DNA of 43,570 bases from a virus: IMG/VR virus record IMGVR_UViG_3300027852_000016, positions 1 through 43,570 of that record; one strand, given 5' to 3'. Both the position numbers and the translations under genes were made by a program. Positions 15,442 to 23,476 of the stretch are shown piece after piece. The number at the start of each line of letters is the position of its first letter. Position 1 is the first letter of the stretch. The notes below the pieces were generated by a model. That model saw only the letters and a program-made list of their open reading frames with translations, searched no databases and was not told the origin of the DNA.

Positions 15442-16725
15442 ATGGCAATCAAAGTCTATTCACATGACATAGAACAAGCTATATTGGGAGGCATATTGCT
15501 GGCTGGAGACAAAGCCCTTGTGAAAGTTAAAGAGATTATAGAGCCAGAAGACTTTTACGCACCTGAGCATATAGAAATCTACAAGGCAATCCTTGAAGTT
15601 GGTAACGATATACTATCTATTAAAGGGTTTCTGGAAAAGCATAATAAAACACAATTTATACCGGCAGAAATGATCTCTTTAATTGTCGAGAATGTAGCAA
15701 CTTCAGCAGGTATTAAACAGCATGCTCAATCATTAAGAGATATGTCTGTAAGGCGCAAGGTTTCTGATCTAGGAATGGAGATCCAGGCATGGATTAGCCA
15801 GACCAATAAAGAAACACCAGACATACTTGCTTTAATTAAAAAACGGGTTCGACTTCTGGATGCCAGGAAGGATAGAGTTCTTGAATCTAATCTTACGATT
15901 GCACAAAACGTTTACTCAGAGATCCAAAGAAAGATGACAACCAAGAATCATACAGTTGGATGTTTGACCGGTATAGAAACTGTTGATGGTATGCTGTATG
16001 GGCTTGAGCCTAAGACTTTAATATTAATAGCAGCTAGGCCATCAATAGGAAAGACAGCCTTAGCCTTGAATATGATTGAGTATATCTCAAGGAATTATGA
16101 CGGTAAATGTATATTCTTTTCTTTGGAGATGAGCGCTGAAGCTGTTATGATGCGGAGACTTGCTTGCGCTGGGTTGGTAGGTTTAACGAATCTAAAGAAA
16201 GCTAATCTAAATGACAGCGAGATGGATAAGTTAAACTACGCACTAAACATCGTAAGCGAATCGAACGCTGTGATTATAGATAAACCATTCTTTAAATCCC
16301 TTGAGAATATTGAATCTTTCATGGCATCATACACGATGAGTAATAAAGTATCAGCTATCTTTATAGACTACGTACAACTAATGCATGTTAAGGCAAAGAC
16401 TGGTAATAGAAATCTTGAACTTGGAGTTATCAGTAGCGCCTTGAAGTCTATGGCTAAGGAATACAATGTCCCGGTTATAGCTCTTGCACAATTAAGTAGG
16501 AACAAGGATAATACGAAGCCAAAGCTAAGCAGCCTCAGAGATTCAGGAAGTCTGGAAGCTGATGCAGATGTATGTTTTATGTTGCACACTGAAGCTAGAG
16601 GTTCTATGGAACTTGAGATTGCATGCTTAAAGGCACGGGATGGTGAGCTATGGCATTCAACTTTGGCTTTTGAGGGTAGATACCAAAAGGTATACGATCA
16701 AGACCCTATCATTTACGGAGGATAA
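15442..16725 (+). CDS. dnaB: DnaB-family replicative DNA helicase (427 aa)
   Basis: Motifs read in the translation: Walker A RPSIGKTALALNM, FFSLEMS, Walker B IFIDYVQLM, ALAQLSRN, LRDSGSLEADADV. Confidence 0.85.
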   Translation: MAIKVYSHDIEQAILGGILLAGDKALVKVKEIIEPEDFYAPEHIEIYKAILEVGNDILSIKGFLEKHNKTQFIPAEMISLIVENVATSAGIKQHAQSLRDMSVRRKVSDLGMEIQAWISQTNKETPDILALIKKRVRLLDARKDRVLESNLTIAQNVYSEIQRKMTTKNHTVGCLTGIETVDGMLYGLEPKTLILIAARPSIGKTALALNMIEYISRNYDGKCIFFSLEMSAEAVMMRRLACAGLVGLTNLKKANLNDSEMDKLNYALNIVSESNAVIIDKPFFKSLENIESFMASYTMSNKVSAIFIDYVQLMHVKAKTGNRNLELGVISSALKSMAKEYNVPVIALAQLSRNKDNTKPKLSSLRDSGSLEADADVCFMLHTEARGSMELEIACLKARDGELWHSTLAFEGRYQKVYDQDPIIYGG

Positions 16726-16726
16726 T

Positions 16727-16918
16727 ATGATAAAGAAAACAGATGTTAAGTATATTATTAGTCATAGAGAGGTTAAGGCATTAGTAATAAACTATTTAAA
16801 GGCTGGAGGTGTACACGTAACAAGAGATGACATTGATATAGATGAGAATGGATATATCGCAAACGTTAGCTCTTCTATTAAAACGGCATATTGCACTGAG
16901 AATAACCTTACAATGTAA
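16727..16918 (+). CDS. hypothetical protein (63 aa from ATG 16727)
   Basis: The ATG lies 1 nt after the dnaB stop and GGAGG is upstream. Paralogous to the next small gene (MIKKTD..../MIKTVG....). Confidence 0.6.
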   Translation: MIKKTDVKYIISHREVKALVINYLKAGGVHVTRDDIDIDENGYIANVSSSIKTAYCTENNLTM

Positions 16919-16945
16919 CATAAAACTAAAACTTTAGAGGATAAC

Positions 16946-17113
16946 ATGATAAAAACAGTAGGGACAACTATATGGATGGGCCGTGATGAGATAAAAGTTG
17001 CCATAAGTAGATATCTTTTAGATCGTAAAGATATACTAGTTAACGAGGATGACATAGTGATAAACGAAAGCGGTTGCACATTGACTATATCAGTGTCATC
17101 GGAGAACATCTAA
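16946..17113 (+). CDS. hypothetical protein (55 aa), below the track cutoff; paralog of 16727-16918
   Basis: MIKTVGTTIWMGRDEIKVAISRYLLDRKDILVNEDDIVINESG... parallels ...HREVKALVINYLKAGGVHVTRDDIDIDENG. TAATG overlap with the next gene. Confidence 0.5.
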   Translation: MIKTVGTTIWMGRDEIKVAISRYLLDRKDILVNEDDIVINESGCTLTISVSSENI

Positions 17114-18036
17114 TGCCAGCTACAGAGTTCATATGCCCAGACGGAGGAAGAATACCTATTAAGCAATGCCTAAAGGATAGGGGATGTAGAGCAAGCCAAC
17201 GATGTGCTAGCAGGTCTTACCTTAATATCGTAGCAGGGGTTAGAAAATATAGGGGTGTGTCCCCATCTATGGCAGCAAGTAGCGCTAGAGAGATCTATCT
17301 AAAAGCTACCACCAACTACGCTATTAATATTAATAGTAGTGTCTGGTCTACGTTCGGCACGATCCTTCATGCTGAGCTTGAGAAATACCCAATTGAAAAA
17401 GCGTTAACTGAAGTGAAACTTAAGAATGACTGGATAAGTGGTACAGTTGACCTGGTGGAACCAGACGAAACCAAGGAAGGGTATCATATTCTGATAGATC
17501 ACAAATTTTTCGGATCCTTTCACGTGCAAAAGATCTTAGGTATCTCAGTTAATAAAGTAAGAATACCAGCACTAGATAGAAATGGTAACGAGGTTTACTA
17601 TAAGAGTGGCACAAAAGCAGGCCAGCTTAAGACTAAATATTTTAACGAGAAAACTATTGATAGGGCATTAGCCAAGGAGGAGTTGCGCGGAGTAAGCTTA
17701 CAGCAAAACTGTTATAGGATGTTATTAGAAGAAGCAGGCTATAAAATATCAAGGATGCAACTACAAGTTTTCGTTAGGGATGGAGGAACATTTTCGGCAA
17801 AGAATAATGGTATTGATAATAATATCATGATGATAGATATACCTAGAATAAAAAACGAGGAGGTGAAAACTTTTTACAAATACCTAGGAAGAGATGTTGA
17901 CAAAGCTTTTGAGACAGGGTATAGTGACATGTGTACTTCTAGCCAGAGCTGGTCTGGGCGTAAGTGTTCAATATGCGAAGTTGAAGAAGCGTGTAAAATG
18001 ATGGATAGGAAAGCAGGTAAATTGATAGCAAAATAA
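17113..18036 (+). CDS. Cas4/RecB-like PD-(D/E)XK exonuclease with Cys cluster (307 aa from ATG 17113)
   Basis: N-terminal Cys residues (CPDGG..C..C), LIDHKF (D/E-x-K), QQNCYRMLLEEAGY (QxxxY), and a C-terminal C-x10-C-x2-C-x5-C. Confidence 0.65.
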   Translation: MPATEFICPDGGRIPIKQCLKDRGCRASQRCASRSYLNIVAGVRKYRGVSPSMAASSAREIYLKATTNYAININSSVWSTFGTILHAELEKYPIEKALTEVKLKNDWISGTVDLVEPDETKEGYHILIDHKFFGSFHVQKILGISVNKVRIPALDRNGNEVYYKSGTKAGQLKTKYFNEKTIDRALAKEELRGVSLQQNCYRMLLEEAGYKISRMQLQVFVRDGGTFSAKNNGIDNNIMMIDIPRIKNEEVKTFYKYLGRDVDKAFETGYSDMCTSSQSWSGRKCSICEVEEACKMMDRKAGKLIAK

Positions 18037-18055
18037 ATTTTAATAGGAGAAAACT

Positions 18056-18688
18056 ATGAGTTTGATTGCAAAGTCAGAAGCTGGGGAACGTAGTATCTTA
18101 GATGCAGCAGTGTATAGAGCGGTATGCGTCACCATCGTAGATCTAGGCACTCACCTTTCCGAAAAATACAATAAGGAGTCCCGTCACATTAGGATTATAT
18201 GGGAATTACCAGACGAAACATACACCTATGAAGACGAAGAAACCGGTAAGGAAGTTACTAGGCCAGGGAGAATTTCTAAGAGGTATTACTCAATGTCTCT
18301 AGGTAAGAAGGCTAATCTAGCTAAAGACCTAGAAGGATGGAGGTCACGACCTTTTACCAAGGAAGAGAAAGACGGATTTGATTTGAAAAATATACTGGGT
18401 AAGAGTTGTATGTTAAATATTATCCATGATAATTTTGAAGGTGGTGATACATATGCTAAGATTGCAGGGATAACACCCCTCATGAAGGGCATGACAGCCG
18501 CTAAACCTAGCGAAGAGCCTAGGATTATCATGATAGATGACCCCGACCCCGAATGGCTAAACGAGTGGATGGTAAAAGATAGGGAAAATAGTATTGAAAG
18601 AATGGCCTCAACTTATGGTCATGATGACCCGCGAAAAGACAGGAAAGAAGAAACTCATATAGTACAAGAAGACGACCTACCATTCTAA
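18056..18688 (+). CDS. SSB-like single-strand DNA-binding / recombination accessory protein (210 aa)
   Basis: The C-terminal acidic tip ...QEDDLPF mimics the bacterial SSB tail (DDDIPF). The N-terminal V..IVDLGT......K....IRIIWELP pattern recalls the phage DUF669-type SSB family. Confidence 0.5.
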   Translation: MSLIAKSEAGERSILDAAVYRAVCVTIVDLGTHLSEKYNKESRHIRIIWELPDETYTYEDEETGKEVTRPGRISKRYYSMSLGKKANLAKDLEGWRSRPFTKEEKDGFDLKNILGKSCMLNIIHDNFEGGDTYAKIAGITPLMKGMTAAKPSEEPRIIMIDDPDPEWLNEWMVKDRENSIERMASTYGHDDPRKDRKEETHIVQEDDLPF

Positions 18689-18729
18689 TGACTCATTGGC
18701 GGGTAACTCCGCCATAATAAGAGGTTTAT

Positions 18730-19410
18730 ATGTTTACTACAATTGCAAGAGACATTCCAGATAGTTTCAACCAGCTCTTAAGGGCCATAGCTACAGAGGG
18801 TAACATATATAAAATAGACAGGGGTTCCTTCGAAGGTTCTTGCCGTAAGCAGTTAGATATAGCGATGATTAAGATATGCTTTCCGTATGACAGCAACCAT
18901 CATAACATGATTAATGCAATTCCTGAGGGGTGTACAGTTCCCAATCCTGTTGACTCTGATTTTCTGGAAGGTTATATTTACGACCTACTGTTTAACACCA
19001 AGAAAGAGGGAGAAGATTACAGCTACGGGCAACGCCTTGACAGTCAAATGGATACAGCCATAAAGATATTAAGGGAGAATCCATACACAAATCAAGTTGT
19101 TCTACAGGTAGCTCAACCATCTGATATAGAACTGGAGCACCCACCATGCTTAAGAGAGATGGAACTCAAGGTTATCAATGGTAAGTTGAACGGATATGTA
19201 ACCTTTAGATCTAATGATATCTTCAATGCCTATCTAGCAAATATAGCATCATTGGCAGTTGTAAAAGATATTATAGCCTATGGAGCAGAAGTTGAAGATG
19301 GCTGTATATACTATACTAGTTCAGGTTGCCATATATATGACCATCAGGCAGATGCAGTTGAAAGGTTACTTCACTTACCAGCGGGATCTATATTCAGACA
19401 GGAGGTGTAA
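18730..19410 (+). CDS. short thymidylate-synthase-fold enzyme (226 aa): ThyA or dUMP hydroxymethylase-type
   Basis: YGQRL...HPPCLREMELKVINGKLNGYVTFRSNDIFNAYLANIASLAVV aligns by eye with E. coli ThyA YGKQW...[41 protein letters not shown]. The catalytic Cys, the RS.D block and the pyrimidine-reading Asn are kept. Confidence 0.65.
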   Translation: MFTTIARDIPDSFNQLLRAIATEGNIYKIDRGSFEGSCRKQLDIAMIKICFPYDSNHHNMINAIPEGCTVPNPVDSDFLEGYIYDLLFNTKKEGEDYSYGQRLDSQMDTAIKILRENPYTNQVVLQVAQPSDIELEHPPCLREMELKVINGKLNGYVTFRSNDIFNAYLANIASLAVVKDIIAYGAEVEDGCIYYTSSGCHIYDHQADAVERLLHLPAGSIFRQEV

Positions 19411-19762
19411 AATCAAAACATCATCATGTAAAGCAAAGGGACGTAAGCTCCAACAGTTAGTAGCCAAGAAGATCTCTGAACTAACAGGGATACCTCATGG
19501 TAAAGACTGTTTAATAGAGTCAAGAGAGATGTCACAATCCGGGGTAGATGTTAAACTAATAGGTGAAGCCAGGGATAAGTTCCCGTTCAGCATTGAATGT
19601 AAAAACTGTGAGAAATGGACTATGCCATCCTTCATAGATCAGGCCAAGAGCAACGTAATGCCTGACACAATGTGGTTACTTGTCATGGGAAAGAATAGGA
19701 CTAAGCCTGTGGTATGTCTTGACTTGGATGACTTCTTCGAGATCATGAGCAATCAACACTAA
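19352..19762 (+). CDS. PD-(D/E)XK nuclease, archaeal-Hjc-type Holliday-junction-resolvase-like (start uncertain: 19337 or 19352)
   Basis: KGRKLQQLVAKKI...GVDVKLIG...FSIECKN gives a D...E-x-K arrangement. The ORF overlaps the 3' end of the ThyA-like gene and there is no start after that gene's stop. Confidence 0.4.
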   Translation: MQLKGYFTYQRDLYSDRRCKIKTSSCKAKGRKLQQLVAKKISELTGIPHGKDCLIESREMSQSGVDVKLIGEARDKFPFSIECKNCEKWTMPSFIDQAKSNVMPDTMWLLVMGKNRTKPVVCLDLDDFFEIMSNQH

Positions 19763-19770
19763 ATGCTATG

Positions 19771-19865
19771 AGGCTTAAAATTAGCTACGTGGAGACGATT
19801 TAGAGTGTTGTAAATAGCAAGGCAAGAGTTACTAGGAGAACATGTACTTACGTACTCTTATTTTT
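19771..19865 (+). promoter_or_regulatory. conserved intergenic element, copy B (75-nt conserved core, then hairpin and T-run)
   Basis: 19771-19845 matches 37210-37284 at 57 of 75 positions without gaps. Hairpin aagagt/actctt spans 19824-19859, then aTTTTT. Confidence 0.6.
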
Positions 19866-19888
19866 ACTCAGCTTCATAGGAGAATAAA

Positions 19889-20128
19889 ATGGATCTAGTA
19901 AAGGATATGATTAAAGGTGAGTTAGGAAGGTATCACGAATATGAGACAGATGAACTATCTTTGTTTATTATAGCCGTGGAAGCAGCAGTTAAGAATAAAC
20001 TAACGGCTGAAATCAGCTTCGGTTCAATTGATGGGTATCTCTGTTTAGCATTTAAAAGAGGTGAAGTAGTAGATACATTGTCTATACCAATGACTACTTC
20101 GGATATAGATCAAATTAAATACAGTTAA
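19889..20128 (+). CDS. hypothetical protein (79 aa)
   Basis: Track ORF. AGGAG upstream. Confidence 0.65.
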   Translation: MDLVKDMIKGELGRYHEYETDELSLFIIAVEAAVKNKLTAEISFGSIDGYLCLAFKRGEVVDTLSIPMTTSDIDQIKYS

Positions 20129-20138
20129 GGTGTGCAAT

Positions 20139-20447
20139 ATGAAAAGCTTTAATGAGACAATCGAAGACATCTTACAGGAAGCAAGGGATACGATATCAGC
20201 TAAGGGTACAGAATATATGGTTGGGTTAGATCCTTTTCACGTATTCCATGAGGCTGGCAGGATTACAGGGAAGACACCACAACAGGCAGCGTGGGCTATA
20301 GCTATCAAGCATTTGGTAAGCGTGATTGATGTAATAAAATATGATAGAGGAAACGACCTAGATTTAATTAAAGAAAAGTTTGGAGACTTGCGTAACTACT
20401 TGATATTGATAGAGGCTTCATGGAGGATGGAGAAGGAGGATGGGTAA
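20139..20447 (+). CDS. all-alpha MazG/DUF1599-like nucleotide pyrophosphohydrolase-fold protein (102 aa), tentative
   Basis: The pattern AKGTEY...F.....G.........IKHLVS.ID....D....KEKFGDLRNYLILIE recalls MazG-like or nucleotide-modification-associated helical domains. From memory only. Confidence 0.3.
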   Translation: MKSFNETIEDILQEARDTISAKGTEYMVGLDPFHVFHEAGRITGKTPQQAAWAIAIKHLVSVIDVIKYDRGNDLDLIKEKFGDLRNYLILIEASWRMEKEDG

Positions 20448-20919
20448 GAAAAAGTTAACACAGAAGAGGCTTAAGGAGCTGTTGAGGTATGACCCGGAGA
20501 CTGGTGAGTTTTACCGATTAGTTACTTGTGGTGGAAGGGTTGAGGGATCTATTACTGGTGGACGGCACCATAGCGGTTATTGGCATATAAGAATCGACAG
20601 GAAGAAATACAACCGATCACGTCTAGCATTCTTATATATGAAAGGTTACACCCCAGAGTATGAGATTGACCATATCAACAGGGTAAAAGATGATGATCGA
20701 TGGGTAAACCTTCGGCACGTGACACATAGATGTAACATGCAAAATAAAGAGATTAATATTAACAATACATCTGGTGTGATGGGAATTTATTGGCATAAGA
20801 ATCGTAGAAAATGGCAAGTGAAATACTCAGATAAATACTTTGGTCTTTACCGAGATTTCTCTAGGGCATATTATGCAAACAAAACTATACGAGCAAAGTT
20901 TAGAACTTGCTTCGCATAA
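20440..20919 (+). CDS. HNH homing endonuclease with AP2-like DNA-binding domain (159 aa), apparently intact
   Basis: EIDHINRVKDDDRWVNLRHVTHRCNMQN is the HNH core. SGVMGIYWHKNRRKWQVKY is AP2-like. The N-terminal LKELLRYDPETGEFY domain is also present. Confidence 0.75.
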   Translation: MGKKKLTQKRLKELLRYDPETGEFYRLVTCGGRVEGSITGGRHHSGYWHIRIDRKKYNRSRLAFLYMKGYTPEYEIDHINRVKDDDRWVNLRHVTHRCNMQNKEININNTSGVMGIYWHKNRRKWQVKYSDKYFGLYRDFSRAYYANKTIRAKFRTCFA

Positions 20920-20930
20920 GAGGGTAACTA

Positions 20931-21725
20931 ATGGAAATAATTTATAAACGGATAGATTACAGCGAGCTTAAAAGCATAAGGCTGCGGCCAATTTATGACG
21001 CACACGTGGGAAATGAATTATGTGATGAAGCAGCCCTAAAAGCTTACATCTCATGCCGTGATGATAACCTCTTCTATATAAATGGTGGGGATTTTTTGGA
21101 TGCTATAACTGTCCGTGATCCAAGATACAGTAAGAGTATCGATAAAACAACGTCATCAGCTATTATTGATGAGCAGATAGAAATGGCATGTGACCTCTTA
21201 AGCCCTATCAAAGATAAGTTTATAGGCTTTGGAACTGGTAATCACGAAGCAACTATATTAAAGCACTCAGGCACTGATCCTACCAGGCGCATCTGTAAGG
21301 CACTAGACTTGACGTACGCTGGATACTCATGTTACTACAAGCTTGCACTGAGTAATAAGGGTAGCGGTGGTCGTACAGTCCGTATACGAGCACACCACGG
21401 AGCAGGTGGAGGTAGAACTGGTGGTGCAAGTTTAACTAGATATGAGAAAGACCTCAAGTCTTACGATGCGGACATATTTCTTTTTGGTCATTCACACGGA
21501 AAGGTCTTTAGAGCTTATCCGCAATTTAGTATTTCTGGGAAGCGTAACTTCATAGCAAAGGAAAGATATATTATAGAGTGTGGCACATTTCTTAAGACAA
21601 TGCAAGAAGGCGTAACTAGTTATTCTGAATTAGCAAACTATCCGCCCACTACCCTTGGTGGTTTTGAGATTACGATAACACCACAGTCATCTGGTAGGTT
21701 TAAGATTAAAGTGATGGAGGTTTAG
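20931..21725 (+). CDS. calcineurin-like metallophosphoesterase (264 aa)
   Basis: Ordered motifs DAHVGN, GGDFLD, GNHE, HHG, GHSHG. Confidence 0.7.
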   Translation: MEIIYKRIDYSELKSIRLRPIYDAHVGNELCDEAALKAYISCRDDNLFYINGGDFLDAITVRDPRYSKSIDKTTSSAIIDEQIEMACDLLSPIKDKFIGFGTGNHEATILKHSGTDPTRRICKALDLTYAGYSCYYKLALSNKGSGGRTVRIRAHHGAGGGRTGGASLTRYEKDLKSYDADIFLFGHSHGKVFRAYPQFSISGKRNFIAKERYIIECGTFLKTMQEGVTSYSELANYPPTTLGGFEITITPQSSGRFKIKVMEV

Positions 21726-22171
21726 TGAAAAAGTATAATGAGATTATAAAATTCCTAAAGAAATCGAAGATTAAATCTAGTACTGATAGAACTTTCTTTG
21801 ATGAAACAGTTAATAATATGTATATAGAGATGTGTAATACCGGAGAAGCTGCAACTAAGAAAGTCTTTCAAAGAGTGGTGCAGAGACAGAAACGGTTTGA
21901 TACCTCGAACGGTATGGTAAAGAGCTTAGATAATCCATCGACTAAAGATATTTATGATGCACCAGATGCTCACTTGAAGACGCATCCACCTTGCTCAGAG
22001 GAACAGCTCATAGAAATTATAGACCATAACGACCACCTAGAGTTCATGAAAGACGTGAAGCCTTGTATCTATCCTATGACTATGGATGAGCATTTAGCAT
22101 CTATCAGAAAAACAAAATTAGCTAGGCGAAAACGAAAGGCTGCCATTAAAAAGAAGAATGGCCGAATGTAA
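21725..22171 (+). CDS. hypothetical protein (148 aa), basic C-terminus, GTG start
   Basis: Track ORF. The GTG overlaps the previous TAG by 1 nt. Confidence 0.6.
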   Translation: MKKYNEIIKFLKKSKIKSSTDRTFFDETVNNMYIEMCNTGEAATKKVFQRVVQRQKRFDTSNGMVKSLDNPSTKDIYDAPDAHLKTHPPCSEEQLIEIIDHNDHLEFMKDVKPCIYPMTMDEHLASIRKTKLARRKRKAAIKKKNGRM

Positions 22172-22853
22172 TGAAAACTATTTCACTCAAGCTGGCTATA
22201 GGTTAACTGAGGAAACAGGACTAGAAAGTTCCGTTTAACTGAACATACTATATAGGGGTAAAAGAAATTCATTTTTCTTTATTCTTAGGTTTTTACAGCG
22301 CTTACTTTTCCCTGAGTTCTCTCAAATAAAAAAGCGATATATAAAAGTCTTCATCTAAGATGACACTTTTATAAAAGGATTTTAATATACTCTGCGTCAT
22401 CCTTATATAACAGACAGGGTAAAGAAGGACACACCGAAAGGCTGTGCGTTTGGAATAGTAAAGCTTACATAGAACAAATCATACACCATGTCCATCTTTA
22501 ATAGACGGATGTCAGTTGAGTGGAATTCAGCTTCACTCCCTGGATAAATAGTGGTTATATCGTGGTATTCAAGTGTTGAGTGAAGATGGCCTCAGCTACC
22601 TCCGGTTCTTTACCTTCCCGGAATTAATTAAGGTCATCGATAAAGACATGGTTGAACAATATTGCTGAGTACAGAGTGTAGGAGTGATAGCCTACGAGTT
22701 ATTAGGACATTAACTCAATGTGTAAATGTATCCATGGCCATAGTGGTGCCTCTTCTTTCTAGGAAAGTTGCTATATTTCTTAGTCTGTCCTAAGGGGTAC
22801 CACGTATAGTCTATATGACCGAGTTGCGTCCAAATTTTATATAAGGAGATATA
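22172..22853 (+). ncRNA. 682-nt ORF-free island; candidate large structured RNA or leader (class unknown)
   Basis: No ORF of 60 aa or more in any frame. By hand, the longest peptides are about 30 aa. Multiple hairpins include a GAAA-tetraloop hairpin (22430-22446) and a three-way junction (22743-22803). Confidence 0.35.
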
Positions 22854-23084
22854 ATGGAATCCGTAACAACAGATTCTTTAAAAGATATTCCAGTATGTAG
22901 AAAGCTTGAGATGGAGAAGTTAACAAATTACTGTGTTAGGAATAAATTAGATAATATCTATTATAGAAAATCGTTTTGGTTGGTCTATGCTATAAATAAT
23001 GGAGAAGTGTTCCATTACAATACTCACTACCAAAGGGTTGAGAAATGGTCTACTCAAGTTATGTTAAGTCAGCAGGTTTTTTGA
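22854..23084 (+). CDS. hypothetical protein (76 aa)
   Basis: Track ORF. AAGGAG upstream. Confidence 0.65.
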   Translation: MESVTTDSLKDIPVCRKLEMEKLTNYCVRNKLDNIYYRKSFWLVYAINNGEVFHYNTHYQRVEKWSTQVMLSQQVF

Positions 23085-23115
23085 TATAGAGATAATCCTA
23101 AAGCAGGAAAATACA

Positions 23116-23283
23116 ATGGAAAGAATAGTAATACACAAAGACATAGACCAAGATTCGCCAGACTGGATAGTCCAAACATCCAATTTAAACCCAGAGGATA
23201 ATGTTATTATAGGTAGGTATGACGACTTGTACGATGCCTTAGATGCTAAGGCTTTCGCTGGTGGTGGAAGAGATTCAATATAA
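23116..23283 (+). CDS. small hypothetical protein (55 aa), below the track cutoff
   Basis: ATG 23116 preceded by agcaggaaaatac. TAATG overlap with the next gene. Acidic product. Confidence 0.45.
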   Translation: MERIVIHKDIDQDSPDWIVQTSNLNPEDNVIIGRYDDLYDALDAKAFAGGGRDSI

Positions 23284-23468
23284 TGAGGTGTAACATGAAA
23301 GACGATAAGATAGAAATAATATCGCGGGATGAATGTTTTAATAGTGATTATAGGGTTATGACCATAGACGAGGTTGTTAATACATTCTTTAAAGATATCT
23401 TTAATACTGGGGTTAACAATGAGGAGGAAGACTTTTGGAAAAAATTAGAGAAGACAACGAGCAAGTAG
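23283..23468 (+). CDS. hypothetical protein (61 aa; alternative ATG at 23295)
   Basis: Track ORF. GAGG precedes ATG 23295. Confidence 0.6.
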   Translation: MRCNMKDDKIEIISRDECFNSDYRVMTIDEVVNTFFKDIFNTGVNNEEEDFWKKLEKTTSK

Positions 23469-23476
23469 TAGTAGAT

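Noticed and set aside
22298-22491. Two short minus-strand ORFs inside the ORF-free island (about 32 aa from ATG at 22396 and about 30 aa from ATG at 22491, both read on the minus strand)
   Set aside because: They have no properly spaced RBS, are very short, and would be the only minus-strand genes in the genome. They are worth re-examining only if ribosome profiling shows antisense translation.
22172-22853. Group I or group II intron splitting a gene
   Set aside because: The flanking ORFs (21725..22171 and 22854..23084) end and start with normal stop and RBS-ATG signals and do not look like halves of one protein. I could not recognise intron core elements by eye. It remains a testable sub-hypothesis in the finding.
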